A DNA stretch of 60,490 nucleotides, filler included, from 6 parts of 6 records of this genome joined end to end with filler, not necessarily neighbours in it; one strand, 5' to 3'; counted from the first letter of the whole stretch, positions 30,456 through 41,646 are shown. Numbers and translations are program-made. Notes: generated by a model from the sequence alone, not told the origin.

Positions 30456-31442
30456 GTGGAAAACACTAATAATAAAAAACAGTCAAGGCAAACAGACGGA
30501 TTGAGACGTATTTGGGACTATCTACATGATAATATTGCGGTACTGGCATTAATTATTGTTGCAGTCTTTTTCAGCTTGACTGCTGGAACCAAGTTTCTCT
30601 CATTGCAAAATCTCTCTAATATAGGACGACAATCAGCGGTTATTGTAATCATGGCAACTGGTATGACCATGGTTATTGTATCAGCAAATATAGACCTCTC
30701 AGTTGCCTCTACTCTATCTTTGGGGGCGATGCTCTGCGCGCTTGTAGTAACTTCAACAGGATCAACACTTCTGGGTCTGGTTGTGGGACTTGCGGTAGGT
30801 GTTCTTGTTGGGTTAATAAATGGATTACTAGTTACTAAAGGAAAGATTCCCTCATTTCTTGCAACACTTGGAATGATGGGTGTTATAAGAGGAGTTGCTA
30901 TGATGGTAACATCCACAAAACCGATAGTTATCTATGAAGAGAGTTTTTGGCGAAGTTTTGGTGATGGAGAGATTTTTTCTGGTCTGCCGATGCCAATATT
31001 CTGGACAATAATCATAGTTATCATTACTCACTTTATTCTTAGATATACTACCCTTGGACGTTATATATATGCAACTGGGGGTAATGCTGAAGCTGCTAGG
31101 TTTACCGGGGTGAAAACAGATAAGACTATTATTACAACCTATACCATCATGGGTGTCCTAGCTGCTTTTTCAGGGATTATTCTGGCTTCGAGAATGCATG
31201 CTGCCAGGCCTGGAACTGGTGAAGGGATGGAGTTGAATACCATAGCAGCAGTTATCCTGGGTGGTGCAAGTCTTTATGGAGGGAAAGGAACCATAATAGG
31301 AGCTCTTGTGGGAGCTTTGGTAATTGCTTCGCTGAATAACGGACTAATTATTCTAGGATTCAGTACTCATGTTCAGATGCTGGTAAGAGGGTTAGTGATA
31401 ATTCTTGCTGTGCTTTTTGCTAAAGATGAAAAAACAGCCTAA
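30456..31442 (+). CDS. Sugar ABC transporter permease (RbsC-type)
   Basis: IDLSV, GRYIYATGGN.EAA..TGV, ELNTIAAVILGGASL.GG.GTI.G. Confidence 0.95.
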   Translation: MENTNNKKQSRQTDGLRRIWDYLHDNIAVLALIIVAVFFSLTAGTKFLSLQNLSNIGRQSAVIVIMATGMTMVIVSANIDLSVASTLSLGAMLCALVVTSTGSTLLGLVVGLAVGVLVGLINGLLVTKGKIPSFLATLGMMGVIRGVAMMVTSTKPIVIYEESFWRSFGDGEIFSGLPMPIFWTIIIVIITHFILRYTTLGRYIYATGGNAEAARFTGVKTDKTIITTYTIMGVLAAFSGIILASRMHAARPGTGEGMELNTIAAVILGGASLYGGKGTIIGALVGALVIASLNNGLIILGFSTHVQMLVRGLVIILAVLFAKDEKTA

Positions 31443-31463
31443 TAAAAGCGGAGACAGTAAAAC

Positions 31464-32663
31464 ATGAAAAAAGCAATACAATTTGGTGCAGGGAATATAG
31501 GTAGAGGTTTTATGGGACAGCTTTTTTGGGAAGCTGACTATGAAATAACATTTGTGGAATATAGTAAAGAATTAGTTAATCTGCTGAATAGTGCTGGTGA
31601 GTATCCCCTTCGATTACTTGATGCATATTCTGGAAATGAAATTGATATAACAATAGATCACTTTTCTGTTTTGCATACTTCTGAAACAGAACGTATAGCA
31701 ACAGCTTTTGCTGAAGCCGATATTATTGGAACTGCAGTAGGTGTACGTGCACTTGATAATATTGCCAAAGTCATTGCTGAAGGTATTAGTAAGCGTATTG
31801 CGAGTGATAATGGCCCTGTTGATATTTATCTATGCGAAAATATTTTTGGTGCTGGAGCTGCTTTGAAACAGAGCGTTTTCAGTCAACTAGGATCAAAACA
31901 AGAGTGGGCTGAAAATAATGTGGGATTTGTGTCTACGAGTGTGGCAAGAATGGTTCCTGCACCTGATAAACGTTTTGAAAAGGAAGGGTCTCTATTTGTT
32001 GTGGCAGATTCCTATCACAATTTACCATATGACGGCCCCGCTCAACGATCTGATACTCCTTCAATAGAGGGAATGAAAGCTACTCCCAACTTCAAGGCTG
32101 AAGTAGAGAGGAAGCTGTATACTCATAATTTAGGGCATGCAGCAATGGGGTATATTGGGTATCTCAAGGGATATACATATGTTGATGAACCTTTTAATGA
32201 TAAATATTTAAGTTCTATTTTTAATGGAGCTCTTGAAGAGACGGCAGAAGCGCTCGTACAAAAATATCCAGATGCTATTGATGCTCAAGAACATGAAGAA
32301 ATTATTCGCGATGTAAACATACGATTTGGCAATCCTATGCTGCATGATGCTATTTCCAGAGTAGCAAGAGACCCAATGAGGAAACTGGGGTTTAGTGACA
32401 GATTAATTGGAAGTGCAAGATTGTGCTTAGAATACGGGATTGAGCCAAAAAATATTGCAATTGTCTGTGGTGCGGCATTTTGTTATGACCACCCCGAAGA
32501 TGATAAAGCTGTTGAGCTTCAGAGCATTATTTCAAAGAAAGGAATTGAGTACGCGTTACATGAAGTATCTGGTGTTGATCCCAGCAGTGATCTTGGGAAG
32601 AGTATTTGTTTAGCATACAAGGAACTCTCAGTAAAACGTATTGAATGGTTAAATAATCAATAA
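31464..32663 (+). CDS. mtlD: Mannitol-1-phosphate 5-dehydrogenase-like polyol-phosphate dehydrogenase
   Basis: KAIQFGAGNIGRGF, TAVG, CEN, RMVP, ERKLYTHNLGH, RF.NP...D...RVARDP.RKL...DRL. Confidence 0.8.
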   Translation: MKKAIQFGAGNIGRGFMGQLFWEADYEITFVEYSKELVNLLNSAGEYPLRLLDAYSGNEIDITIDHFSVLHTSETERIATAFAEADIIGTAVGVRALDNIAKVIAEGISKRIASDNGPVDIYLCENIFGAGAALKQSVFSQLGSKQEWAENNVGFVSTSVARMVPAPDKRFEKEGSLFVVADSYHNLPYDGPAQRSDTPSIEGMKATPNFKAEVERKLYTHNLGHAAMGYIGYLKGYTYVDEPFNDKYLSSIFNGALEETAEALVQKYPDAIDAQEHEEIIRDVNIRFGNPMLHDAISRVARDPMRKLGFSDRLIGSARLCLEYGIEPKNIAIVCGAAFCYDHPEDDKAVELQSIISKKGIEYALHEVSGVDPSSDLGKSICLAYKELSVKRIEWLNNQ

Positions 32664-32681
32664 TTGATAGAGAAGGATAGC

Positions 32682-33953
32682 ATGAGAACTAAAGCGGTTA
32701 GAATGTATGGAGAGAGAGATCTTCGATTGGAAGAGTTTGAATTACCGAAAATCCAGAGAGATGAAATCTTAGCAAGAATAATTTCTGATAGTATATGTAT
32801 GTCAACATATAAAGAAGCCTCATTAGGGAAAAAACACAAACGAGTTCCCAAGGATATTGATACTAATCCCGTAATTGTTGGACATGAATTTTGTGGGGAA
32901 ATTATTGAAGTGGGGCCCAAATGGAAGGATCGATTTACAGTAGGTGATAAATTCGGAATTCAACCAAATATTAAATGGCCGGAAACTATGGATGGTCTAG
33001 GAGCACCTGGATACTCCTATCCAAATATTGGAGGAGCCGCAACATATGTTATTATTCCCAATGAAGTTATGGTTCAGAATTGTCTGTTAGACTATAACAA
33101 TGATGCCTATTTTTATGGCTCTCTTGCAGAACCTATGTCCTGTATTGTTGCTGGATTTAAAGCTTCTTATCATATAGAAGATAACTATATTCATCATATG
33201 GGAATCAAAGAGGGTGGAAATACTATAATTTTAGCAGGTGTTGGGCCTATGGGTTTAGGGGCAATCGATTATGCATTGCATAATGATGAAAGAAGACCTG
33301 GGCGATTGGTTGTGACTGATATTAATAAGGATCGACTTGCAAGAGCGGTATCAATCTATACACCTGAACAAGCAAAAAAAGAGGGTATAGAACTGATATA
33401 TGTTAATACCAGTGAGCTTGCTGATCCAGTAGCTGGTTTGCTTGATCTTACTGAAGGTCAGGGATATGATGATGCTTTTGTTTATGCTCCGGTACGCTCA
33501 GTTCTGGAACAGGCGGATAAGATCCTTGGATTTGACGGATGTCTCAATTTCTTTGCTGGGCCAACAGATAATCAATTTTCAGCAGAAGTTAATTATTATA
33601 ATGTGCATTATGCATCACACCATATTGTAGGAACATCCGGTGGAAATACCGAGGATATGCTGGATTCATTAAAACTAATGGAACAAGGGAAAGTTGATCC
33701 GTCAGCTATGGTTACACACATTGGCGGGTTGAATGTAGCTGCTGAATCGACACTGAATTTACCAAATATTCCTGGTGGTAAAAAGCTAATTTATACTAAT
33801 ATTCTACTTGATCTCATTGCACTTGATGAGCTTGAGGAAAAAGGGAAGCATGATACCTTACTAGCTGGTTTAGCTGAGATAGTAAGCGATCATCATGGAC
33901 TTTGGTCATCTCAGGCAGAAACCTATTTGCTGACACACGCGAAATCTATTTAG
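32682..33953 (+). CDS. Zinc-dependent MDR dehydrogenase, L-sorbose-1-phosphate reductase (SorE)-like
   Basis: KAVRMYG..DLRLEEFELP, DSICMSTYK, GHEF, AEPMSC, GVGPMG, GTSGG, PGGKKLIY; ATG at 32682 after AAGGA. Confidence 0.82.
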   Translation: MRTKAVRMYGERDLRLEEFELPKIQRDEILARIISDSICMSTYKEASLGKKHKRVPKDIDTNPVIVGHEFCGEIIEVGPKWKDRFTVGDKFGIQPNIKWPETMDGLGAPGYSYPNIGGAATYVIIPNEVMVQNCLLDYNNDAYFYGSLAEPMSCIVAGFKASYHIEDNYIHHMGIKEGGNTIILAGVGPMGLGAIDYALHNDERRPGRLVVTDINKDRLARAVSIYTPEQAKKEGIELIYVNTSELADPVAGLLDLTEGQGYDDAFVYAPVRSVLEQADKILGFDGCLNFFAGPTDNQFSAEVNYYNVHYASHHIVGTSGGNTEDMLDSLKLMEQGKVDPSAMVTHIGGLNVAAESTLNLPNIPGGKKLIYTNILLDLIALDELEEKGKHDTLLAGLAEIVSDHHGLWSSQAETYLLTHAKSI

Positions 33954-33974
33954 TGTTCTAAAGGCAGGCGTAAG

Positions 33975-35062
33975 GTGAATCATTTCTTCATAGGAATTGA
34001 TCTCGGTACTAGTGGAATTAAAGCGGGAGTAATTGATACAAACGGTAAGGTTCTTGCTGATTTATACTGGGATACCCGTACAGAGCTGCTTGGACCAGGA
34101 AGAATGAAACAAAATCCCGATGATTTCTTTGGTTCGACTATAGATATTGTACGTAATGTAATTGAGAAATCAGGTGTGAACCCTGATGAAATTGTAGGGC
34201 TGACAATAGATGGGCAGATGGGAGGAATTATTGGAATTGACAGTAATTGGGAACCACTGACGGGACTCGATATGGGACTGGATATTGCTTCCGAAGAGTA
34301 TAATGTTACTTTGCACCAAGCAGTGGGAGCATCTCTAAGAAAAGTTACTTGTGGATCGCCACGTAACACCCCCAAAATAATGTATTGGATGCATGAGTAC
34401 CCTGAGATATATACATCAGTGGAAAAATTTGTAACATTAAGTGGCTATGTTGCTGGCTGTATTACAGGTTTAACTGCGGATAAAGCTTTTATCGACTATA
34501 CACTACTCTCTTTTTTCGGAAATGAAGATGCGCAAACTCTTAAATGGTCTGAAGAGATTACAAAGATCGCCGGAATTGATATTAATAAACTACCAAATAT
34601 TGTTAATCCTTGGGATATTATTGGATATATGACAGAAACATCAGCAAGCCAATGTGGGTTGAAAGCAGGATTACCGGTTTTTGCAGGAGCTGGTGATCAA
34701 CCCGCTGGTTTTCTTGGTGCTGGTTTTATAAAACCGGGAATGTTGATGGATGTTTCAGGCAGTAGTACACTTCTTTGCTGCAATACAAACAAATTTATAC
34801 CAGACTCCGATGAGGCTGTTATGTATATGCCTTCAGTTGTGAAAAACTGCTATACAGCTTTTAATTATATTAATGGTGGCGGGATATCTCTGAAATGGTT
34901 TCGGGATGAGCTTGCTTCAGGCGATTCTTGGGCTGATTTATCCTCACAGTGTAGAAGTGTAACTCCGGGATGTGGCGGATTACTTTTCATCCCGTATCTC
35001 GGAGGGAGACAATGCCCAATCAATAGCGATTTGCGTGGGGGTTGGCTCGGGTTGAATTGTGA
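33975..35062 (+). CDS. FGGY-family carbohydrate kinase (xylulokinase-like), 3'-partial
   Basis: IGIDLGTSGIK, GQM, GAGDQPA, LLFIPYLGG. Confidence 0.9.
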
Positions 35063-35162
35063 NNNNNNNNNNNNNNNNNNNNNNNNNNNNNNNNNNNNNN
35101 NNNNNNTTAATTAATTAANNNNNNNNNNNNNNNNNNNNNNNNNNNNNNNNNNNNNNNNNNNN
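35063..35162. other. Artificial contig linker
   Basis: N44-TTAATTAATTAA-N44. Confidence 0.99.
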
Positions 35163-35546
35163 TTTTTTGTGAAATCGCAGAATTTCTTTGCTTGGTGGTT
35201 TATTTTTCTAAAGCGATATGCAACAATTGGTCAGCTTCTCTATATGGCTGTAGTTTTCAATGTACTAAAGATATGGGTTGATCAAGCTAACCTAATAATA
35301 TTCTGGATTGTGCCAGCAGTGATCGCGAGTTTTCAGTTGTTTTTTGTGGGTACTTTTCTTCCACATAGAAAACCGCATGAAACATTTATGGTTCCTCATC
35401 AAGCTCGAAGCCAGAAAGGACCTCACTGGTGGGCGATGTTATCTTGTTATTTTTTTGGATACCACTGGGAGCACCACGAAGAGCCTCAAACTCCTTGGTG
35501 GAAGTTGTATAAACTAAAGGATGAAGGGATTTTTAAGAATGATTAA
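35163..35546 (+). CDS. crtW: Beta-carotene ketolase-like membrane di-iron enzyme, 5'-partial
   Basis: QLFFVGTFLPHR and CYFFGYHWEHH..P..PWWKL histidine box. Confidence 0.75.
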   Translation, partial: FFVKSQNFFAWWFIFLKRYATIGQLLYMAVVFNVLKIWVDQANLIIFWIVPAVIASFQLFFVGTFLPHRKPHETFMVPHQARSQKGPHWWAMLSCYFFGYHWEHHEEPQTPWWKLYKLKDEGIFKND

Positions 35547-36147
35547 ATCACGTCACCATAAGCTCACTGTCTGGTTTTTTGATCTTTATTTTCGATTAAA
35601 AATGAAGTTTCATTTTCGAAAGATTGAGATCATAGGTGATGAGGTTGACCGTAAAAGACCGGTTTTACTTTTACAAAATCACTTTAGTTGGTGGGATGGC
35701 TACTGGGCTTTTTATTTGAGCAAACGATTCTTCAATAAAAAATTCTATGTGATAATGGGTGAAGAGCAATTGAAAAGGCATATGTTTATTAATCGTTGTG
35801 GTGCTTTTTCAGTCTTAAAAAATCCAAAAGAATTGATTAAATCGTTGAATTATGCAATGGAGATCCTTGAAACACCGGATAACTTATTGTGCTTTTTTCC
35901 TCAGGGTGAAATTCAGTCACAGTATCTTTCAAGAATTCAGTTTGAAAAAGGAGCTTCATGGCTATTGAAAAAGTCGAAACAGAACATTCAAGTTTTCTTT
36001 TGTGTTACACTGGTTGATTATTACAGTAAGCCAAAACCGGTGTTAAGATTCTATTTAAAATTACATCAAGGAGAGAAATCAAATTCTGATTTAGAAGATG
36101 CTTTTAATGGATTTAGAGATGAATGTATCTTAAAACAGACCTGTTAA
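35539..36147 (+). CDS. PlsC-family acyltransferase (carotenoid-glycoside acyltransferase-like)
   Basis: NHFSWWDG (HxxxxD), GAFSV, FFPQGEI; overlaps the crtW stop. Confidence 0.8.
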   Translation: MIKSRHHKLTVWFFDLYFRLKMKFHFRKIEIIGDEVDRKRPVLLLQNHFSWWDGYWAFYLSKRFFNKKFYVIMGEEQLKRHMFINRCGAFSVLKNPKELIKSLNYAMEILETPDNLLCFFPQGEIQSQYLSRIQFEKGASWLLKKSKQNIQVFFCVTLVDYYSKPKPVLRFYLKLHQGEKSNSDLEDAFNGFRDECILKQTC

Positions 36148-37241
36148 TGGAAATACTTTCTTTTGGCATATTATTTTTCTTGTGTTTGCGAACAGTTGTT
36201 GCATTAATGAATGCATTTGGGGGTTTGCATCTTAAGCCTGCAGAAAGTTCGGAAACTGCAAAACTGTCGGTTTTAATTCCAGCACGAAATGAAGAAAGAA
36301 ACCTTCCAATATTATTGGAATCATTGCTTCTTTCTGATTATTCCGACTTTGAGATTTGGGTTTGCGATGATCATTCAACAGATGCAACTATTGACATTCT
36401 CAAAAAATGGTCTTTAAAAGATCAACGAATTAACTATTTTAAAGGAGAAGATTTGCCACAGGCTTGGACCGGTAAAAATTTTGCATGCCATCAATTGGCT
36501 AAAAAGGCAAATGGCGATTACTTTCTTTATTTAGATGCTGACGTGGTTGTTTCGAAGAATGCATTGAGCAAGGCTTTGCATTTTGTGGTGCAAAATAAAG
36601 TTGGTTTATTATCAATTTTTCCAAAGCAGCTAATGAATAATTTTTCAGAACAAGTTTCGGTTCCATTTATGAATTGGGCATTGTTAAACCTGCTGCCACT
36701 TGCTTTGGTTATGAAGTCAACGAATCCAATGTTTTCAGCAGCAAATGGTCAGTTTATGCTCTTTAATTCCAAAGAGTATCTTGAAAACAAGTGGCATGAG
36801 CAAGTTAAGAAGAGTAATGTTGAAGATATTTTGATTTCACGCCTAATGAAGGAGACAAATAAGAAAGTTGCTGTTTTATTGGGAGATAATGATGTTTTTT
36901 GCAGAATGTATTCAAATTATTCAGAAGCGTTAAACGGATTTTCCCGAAACGTGCATGAATTTTTTCTTGGGAAAAGGTGGTTGATGTTTTCTTTCTGGCT
37001 AGTATTAGTTTCTGAGCCTTTTGTTGTTTATTATACCTTGGGTTGGGAAAGTTTGATCTTATTGTTTCTTCTAATCTTGATTAATTGTTATGCGGTATCG
37101 TTGGGCAGTAGACAGCGAATTCTCCTGAATATGATTTTACATCCGTTTCAGATGTTATTCTTTACGCATTTAATTATACGAAATTTTAGACTAAAACTTA
37201 AAAAACAGAGTGAATGGAAAGGGCGTATTATTTCTGTATAA
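36147..37241 (+). CDS. GT2 glycosyltransferase (CruC/CrtQ-like carotenoid glycosyltransferase)
   Basis: SVLIPARNEE, DDHSTD, W.GKNFACHQL, LDADV, ANGQF, CRMY, WKGR; TAATG coupling with the upstream gene. Confidence 0.82.
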   Translation: MEILSFGILFFLCLRTVVALMNAFGGLHLKPAESSETAKLSVLIPARNEERNLPILLESLLLSDYSDFEIWVCDDHSTDATIDILKKWSLKDQRINYFKGEDLPQAWTGKNFACHQLAKKANGDYFLYLDADVVVSKNALSKALHFVVQNKVGLLSIFPKQLMNNFSEQVSVPFMNWALLNLLPLALVMKSTNPMFSAANGQFMLFNSKEYLENKWHEQVKKSNVEDILISRLMKETNKKVAVLLGDNDVFCRMYSNYSEALNGFSRNVHEFFLGKRWLMFSFWLVLVSEPFVVYYTLGWESLILLFLLILINCYAVSLGSRQRILLNMILHPFQMLFFTHLIIRNFRLKLKKQSEWKGRIISV

Positions 37242-37957
37242 TTCTATTTATTTCCTTATTCTTGGGTACTCCAAATTTGTTTGGTATTAACCCTCCCATT
37301 GAAAAATACCGATGCTTATTTTATGATTCATATATAAAAGGGGAAATGGATAACTGGGCAGAGTGGATTGAAGAACTTAACGTTTTTTATAATGGTGATT
37401 TTGAAGGTGAGCTTGTATCCTTGCAAGCTCAATATGGGTTAATTGGCTATTATTTTGGAACAAAACAAAAGAAAGAGGCCAGAAAGCTGGTGAGTTTAGC
37501 AGATGAACAATTAAATAAAGTTATGGTACAATATCCAAATGATGCTAGGCTTCATAGCTTAAAAGCTGCATTCAATTCTTTTAAACTGGGTTTAGCGGTA
37601 TATAAAGCTCCAATCTTGGGACCTCGGATTTTGAAAGAAATTGAAACGGCTATAAAGTTAAACTCGAATGAGTCTATGTGTTGGTTGGAAAACGGGAATG
37701 CATTGTATAATCGACCAGCAATGTTTGGCGGAAATAAAAAGGAAGCAATTAAATCATTTCAAAAATCATTACAACTATATGGAATTGATAGTGAACGGTG
37801 CAATTATCTGAAAGTTTTAACCGAAGTTTTTATTCTTAAAGGCTTTTATGAAACGAAACAACTTGATGCATATAAACTACATCGGCAAAACATAGAATCT
37901 AAGTATGGAAAAATAGATTGGATTGATGAATTTCTGCATGTAAAACTGGCTGAGTAG
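37214..37957 (+). CDS. Secreted TPR-like hypothetical protein
   Basis: N-terminal hydrophobic signal and helical repeats (GNALYNRPAMFGG.K.EAI..F). Confidence 0.65.
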   Translation: MERAYYFCIILFISLFLGTPNLFGINPPIEKYRCLFYDSYIKGEMDNWAEWIEELNVFYNGDFEGELVSLQAQYGLIGYYFGTKQKKEARKLVSLADEQLNKVMVQYPNDARLHSLKAAFNSFKLGLAVYKAPILGPRILKEIETAIKLNSNESMCWLENGNALYNRPAMFGGNKKEAIKSFQKSLQLYGIDSERCNYLKVLTEVFILKGFYETKQLDAYKLHRQNIESKYGKIDWIDEFLHVKLAE

Positions 37958-38063
37958 TCTCTTTTTAAAGCTGCTACGAAAATGTGTTTAATGAATATGG
38001 ATTCACAATCTTGAGTCAAAGATCACGATCGAATAAAAAAAACCGACCGAAGCCGGTTCCTAA

Positions 38064-39064
38064 TTATAATGGATAATAAATTGAAGTATGCCATTTGGAA
38101 GTATCAGTTTCTTGTTGTGGATCTGTAAAGTATCGTTCGATTGGTCCACCGTTAAGATTTAGCTGATGCTTATTCATCCAATCTTGAATAAATTGGTGAG
38201 TTTCTCCGAGTTTCTCGTAAGTCCCAAAATGATCAGCATGTACATAATTTTTTGCACCGATTTCTCGTCCTTGAATTTTGTCAGTTGTATTTTTAGGAAG
38301 CATATTTACCGGGATTGCACATTCAAGGTCGATTATTGTACCATCAAATTTGTGGTAAATAGCAATTGGAACATCAATCATTTCAATACCTTCTTTTTGG
38401 TTAAACTTCATGAGTTCTCCATACATCATCCCCATTTTTTCAGCAATTTCAGCATATTGAATAACTTCACGAATACCCACAACATTTACGGCTGGCATGT
38501 CTCGAATTTCACAAATTGGTTGATTCTCTGCAAGAATGGTTTCCGAAACCACTTTTAGGTTCTCCAGTCCTTCTTCAAAATCAGGACCAATCATTGAATC
38601 AAACATTAACCCAAACCAACGGGCAATTGGGTTGTAGCCAAGGTCAGTTTCAAAACCCCATGTAACAGTGGTGGCATTTCCTTCTTCCTCAAAAGGAAAA
38701 AGCCGGTTGCTGTTCCTTCTTCCATAAAATCCATCGAATTAGCAATGGAATCATAAGGGGCAGTCGCAGTGATCATTAATTTCCCATTTCCTACTTTTGG
38801 ATGTTCGCTTGTCCATGAATATCCAGCATTTTCGCCAACGCCTGAATTGATGTATTCAACTTTCATATCCGGATCAATCTGATTCCATTTTGCCCATTTG
38901 TCCCAGCTATGAAGGTCAATAACCTGATTGTAAACAATCTTAGCAGGAGCATCCATACTCAATGAACGTTCTACTTGAACTTTTTGTGGAAGTAAAAATG
39001 CAATGATAACCAGCAAGGCAGCAATGATTAGAACACCTAAAAGGACTTTTTTGAATGTTTTCAT
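38064..39064 (-). CDS. SRPBCC + GyrI-like small-molecule-binding protein; split by a 1-nt deletion at 38691-38694
   Basis: N-terminal TM, VERS, W..W..W...DP. One extra T gives FLFEEEGNATTVTW...PIARWFGLMFD, joining the GyrI-like ORF (H.G.Y, PIERY.TDP). Confidence 0.82.
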
Positions 39065-39208
39065 TTTAATTTGTTTATGGTTGAAAAATCGAAAGCGCTA
39101 CAGTTTTATAGAATAATTGATTATATATTCATCAAATTAATCTACTTAAAAGATATTCAATTTAGCCAAGCCAGTCAATAGCTGGCAGTTAAGTTGTAAA
39201 TACAGGGC

Positions 39209-41596
39209 TCAGATTTGAGCTCTTAAGGAAATGATAAAGTTTCGGGCTGGAGCAATAACTCCCGAAGAATAAGGGCGGTATCGCTTATCTAAGATGTTTT
39301 CGATTCCAATATTCAGGGTGTTTTTATCGGTAATATGAAATGATGTTTTAAAGTTGAGTGTCATCCATCCGGGAGAATAAGGTTCTCCATTAACATTTAA
39401 GGTGTAGAGATATGCTTTCTCACGTTCAGACTCTGCAAGCTTTTCGGCTGTAATTGGACCATTAAATTGAGCATACAAATCCAGTTTTGTTCTTCCATCG
39501 TCGAAAATGAAATGTGAAGAACCAAAGAGTGGCGCAACATGCCTTATTGGTAAGTTTTCGTTGTCTTCTCCAAGGTTTAACGTGACTGAATTTCGTGTCG
39601 ATATTTTTTGGTTAAAAAGATATTCAAGAGAAAAACTTCCACCATAAATATGGGCGTAATCTGTATTAACAAGAGCTTCAACTTTGCTTAGTTCACCTTC
39701 ATATAAAATAGAATCATTCCCATTAAAACTAAAGCTCCTTCTAACCATTGCATTGTCCAGAAAGGTGTAAAAAAGATTTAATTCCAATTTTGCTTTATTG
39801 GTATAAGTTCTAATAATTCCGAGTTCAAAATTTGTAGCATATTCATGTTTTAGGTCTGGGTTTGGAACGATAAGTATTCCGGGAGCGGAGTCAAAAACCT
39901 TGGCAATATCATCAATATTTGGCGAACGAAATCCGGTAGATGCATTTGCATTTAATTGCCAATAAGGCGTAGGGTGATATGCTAGACCAATGTTTCCTGT
40001 AAATGAAGATTGTCTGTTGCTAAAATGATCAATTGGGAAGTCAAAAAATTGGGTGTCGAATGTCCCATTTAGCCAGGTTAAAGTGTAGCGACTACCTAAA
40101 TGGAATGCAAAACGTTTGTTAAGGCTAAGTTTATAGCTTAGGTAAGCTGCTAGACTAGATGATTCTGAGCCATCAGGATATCTGGTTGATGTTTTTTTGG
40201 TATTTCCAGAATCAATATTCTGTTTGGATGCATAAGAGTTTACAAGGTTGTAGTTCCCCTCAATTCCATAATAAAGGAAATTGTTCTCATCAATTATTTT
40301 ATCCAGATCCAGATTTAAAGTTAGCACATCCAGATTTTCTTCACGATGAGTGATTGTTTCAGTATCTAGTTTTCTATTGTGCCTGCTTTCTTTGTATTCT
40401 TGCCAGCCTGCAATAAAATTTAGTTTGTCAAATAATCCCGATTTTGCTCTATGATTTACTTGAAAAGAATGTAATTTCCATTCCTGAGGACCATAAAACC
40501 ATTCAGCATATTTTAGTTGGTCTCCAGAGGTTTGAATGAGTCTGTCGTAACGTGGTATATTTGATGATTTTGAAAAGTGGAATGCATAGTTTAGATCCCA
40601 GTTATTATTTGGGCGGAATCGAAATTTCTGCAAAATATTATATTGATTATATGCTGTGTGAATCTGTTTTCTGTTGTTGCTGTTCGAAATTGTTTTATCT
40701 GGATTTCCAGGTGCAATGTAATTGGGTCTTAAGTATTCATCTGGACCATTTGTTCCCATTAACAGGTCATCAAAATCTGAAAATGTTATACTGGTAAGTG
40801 AAGCCCATTTTTTTGTTCCAAAATTTAAATTTGCATGAATTGTTTTCTCAAAGTTTGCGCTGGCATATCTTACAGATACATGGCGGGAGTGTTTGTATAA
40901 TTTGGATGTTGACAATTTTGGGGATAAGGTTTGATAGTGTATTACACCACCCAGGGCATCACTCCCATACATCACAGAACTTGGACCAAAAATTACTTCA
41001 GTTTGTTTAATTGATGAAGCATCAAGCGATATTACATTGTGTAGATTTCCATTTCTGTATATGGCATTATTCATTCTTATTCCATCAACAACAAGCAATA
41101 CCCGATTTGCCGAGAATCCCCGAATCATTGGGCTTCCGCCTCCCATTTGGCTTTTTTGAATAAAAACACCCCCCTTACTTTCTAGTAGATCTGCTGCAGT
41201 TTGTGGGTTCTCAAATGAAATGTCGTTGGCATCAATACTTACAATTTTATTGGGCACTTCAAGTTTGGACTGCTCTCGTCTATTTGCTGAAATAACAATT
41301 TCATCTAAACTAACCGGATCTTCTATTAACCGAACCCTGAAATTTTGAGACCAAATTTTTTTATAGGTCGTTTTAAGTTTTAAATAGGATGAATGTTGAA
41401 ATATGAGCTTGTCATTTTCATCGAACATTTTCAAATCAGCTTTTCCTGATTGCTTTGTTTCAGTTGACTTTGTAGAAGATAAAATAAGCACACCATCAAT
41501 AGCTGTTCCTGTTTTTGAATCATAAACAAAAACTTCCTGAGCGCATAGCTTAACTACAAGTAATAGCAGGAGAATAATGAGATTTAACTTGAGCAC
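39209..41596 (-). CDS. TonB-dependent outer-membrane receptor
   Basis: LDEIVISANR, QKSQMGGGSPMIRGF.ANRVL.VVDG.RMNN, YGSDALGG, GFRSPN, ENILDKRY. Confidence 0.93.
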   Translation of the reverse strand: MLKLNLIILLLLLVVKLCAQEVFVYDSKTGTAIDGVLILSSTKSTETKQSGKADLKMFDENDKLIFQHSSYLKLKTTYKKIWSQNFRVRLIEDPVSLDEIVISANRREQSKLEVPNKIVSIDANDISFENPQTAADLLESKGGVFIQKSQMGGGSPMIRGFSANRVLLVVDGIRMNNAIYRNGNLHNVISLDASSIKQTEVIFGPSSVMYGSDALGGVIHYQTLSPKLSTSKLYKHSRHVSVRYASANFEKTIHANLNFGTKKWASLTSITFSDFDDLLMGTNGPDEYLRPNYIAPGNPDKTISNSNNRKQIHTAYNQYNILQKFRFRPNNNWDLNYAFHFSKSSNIPRYDRLIQTSGDQLKYAEWFYGPQEWKLHSFQVNHRAKSGLFDKLNFIAGWQEYKESRHNRKLDTETITHREENLDVLTLNLDLDKIIDENNFLYYGIEGNYNLVNSYASKQNIDSGNTKKTSTRYPDGSESSSLAAYLSYKLSLNKRFAFHLGSRYTLTWLNGTFDTQFFDFPIDHFSNRQSSFTGNIGLAYHPTPYWQLNANASTGFRSPNIDDIAKVFDSAPGILIVPNPDLKHEYATNFELGIIRTYTNKAKLELNLFYTFLDNAMVRRSFSFNGNDSILYEGELSKVEALVNTDYAHIYGGSFSLEYLFNQKISTRNSVTLNLGEDNENLPIRHVAPLFGSSHFIFDDGRTKLDLYAQFNGPITAEKLAESEREKAYLYTLNVNGEPYSPGWMTLNFKTSFHITDKNTLNIGIENILDKRYRPYSSGVIAPARNFIISLRAQI

Positions 41597-41646
41597 AAAT
41601 CCGGTTTTTTATAAAGATAATTTTTCCAGTGCGGAATAAGCAAGAA

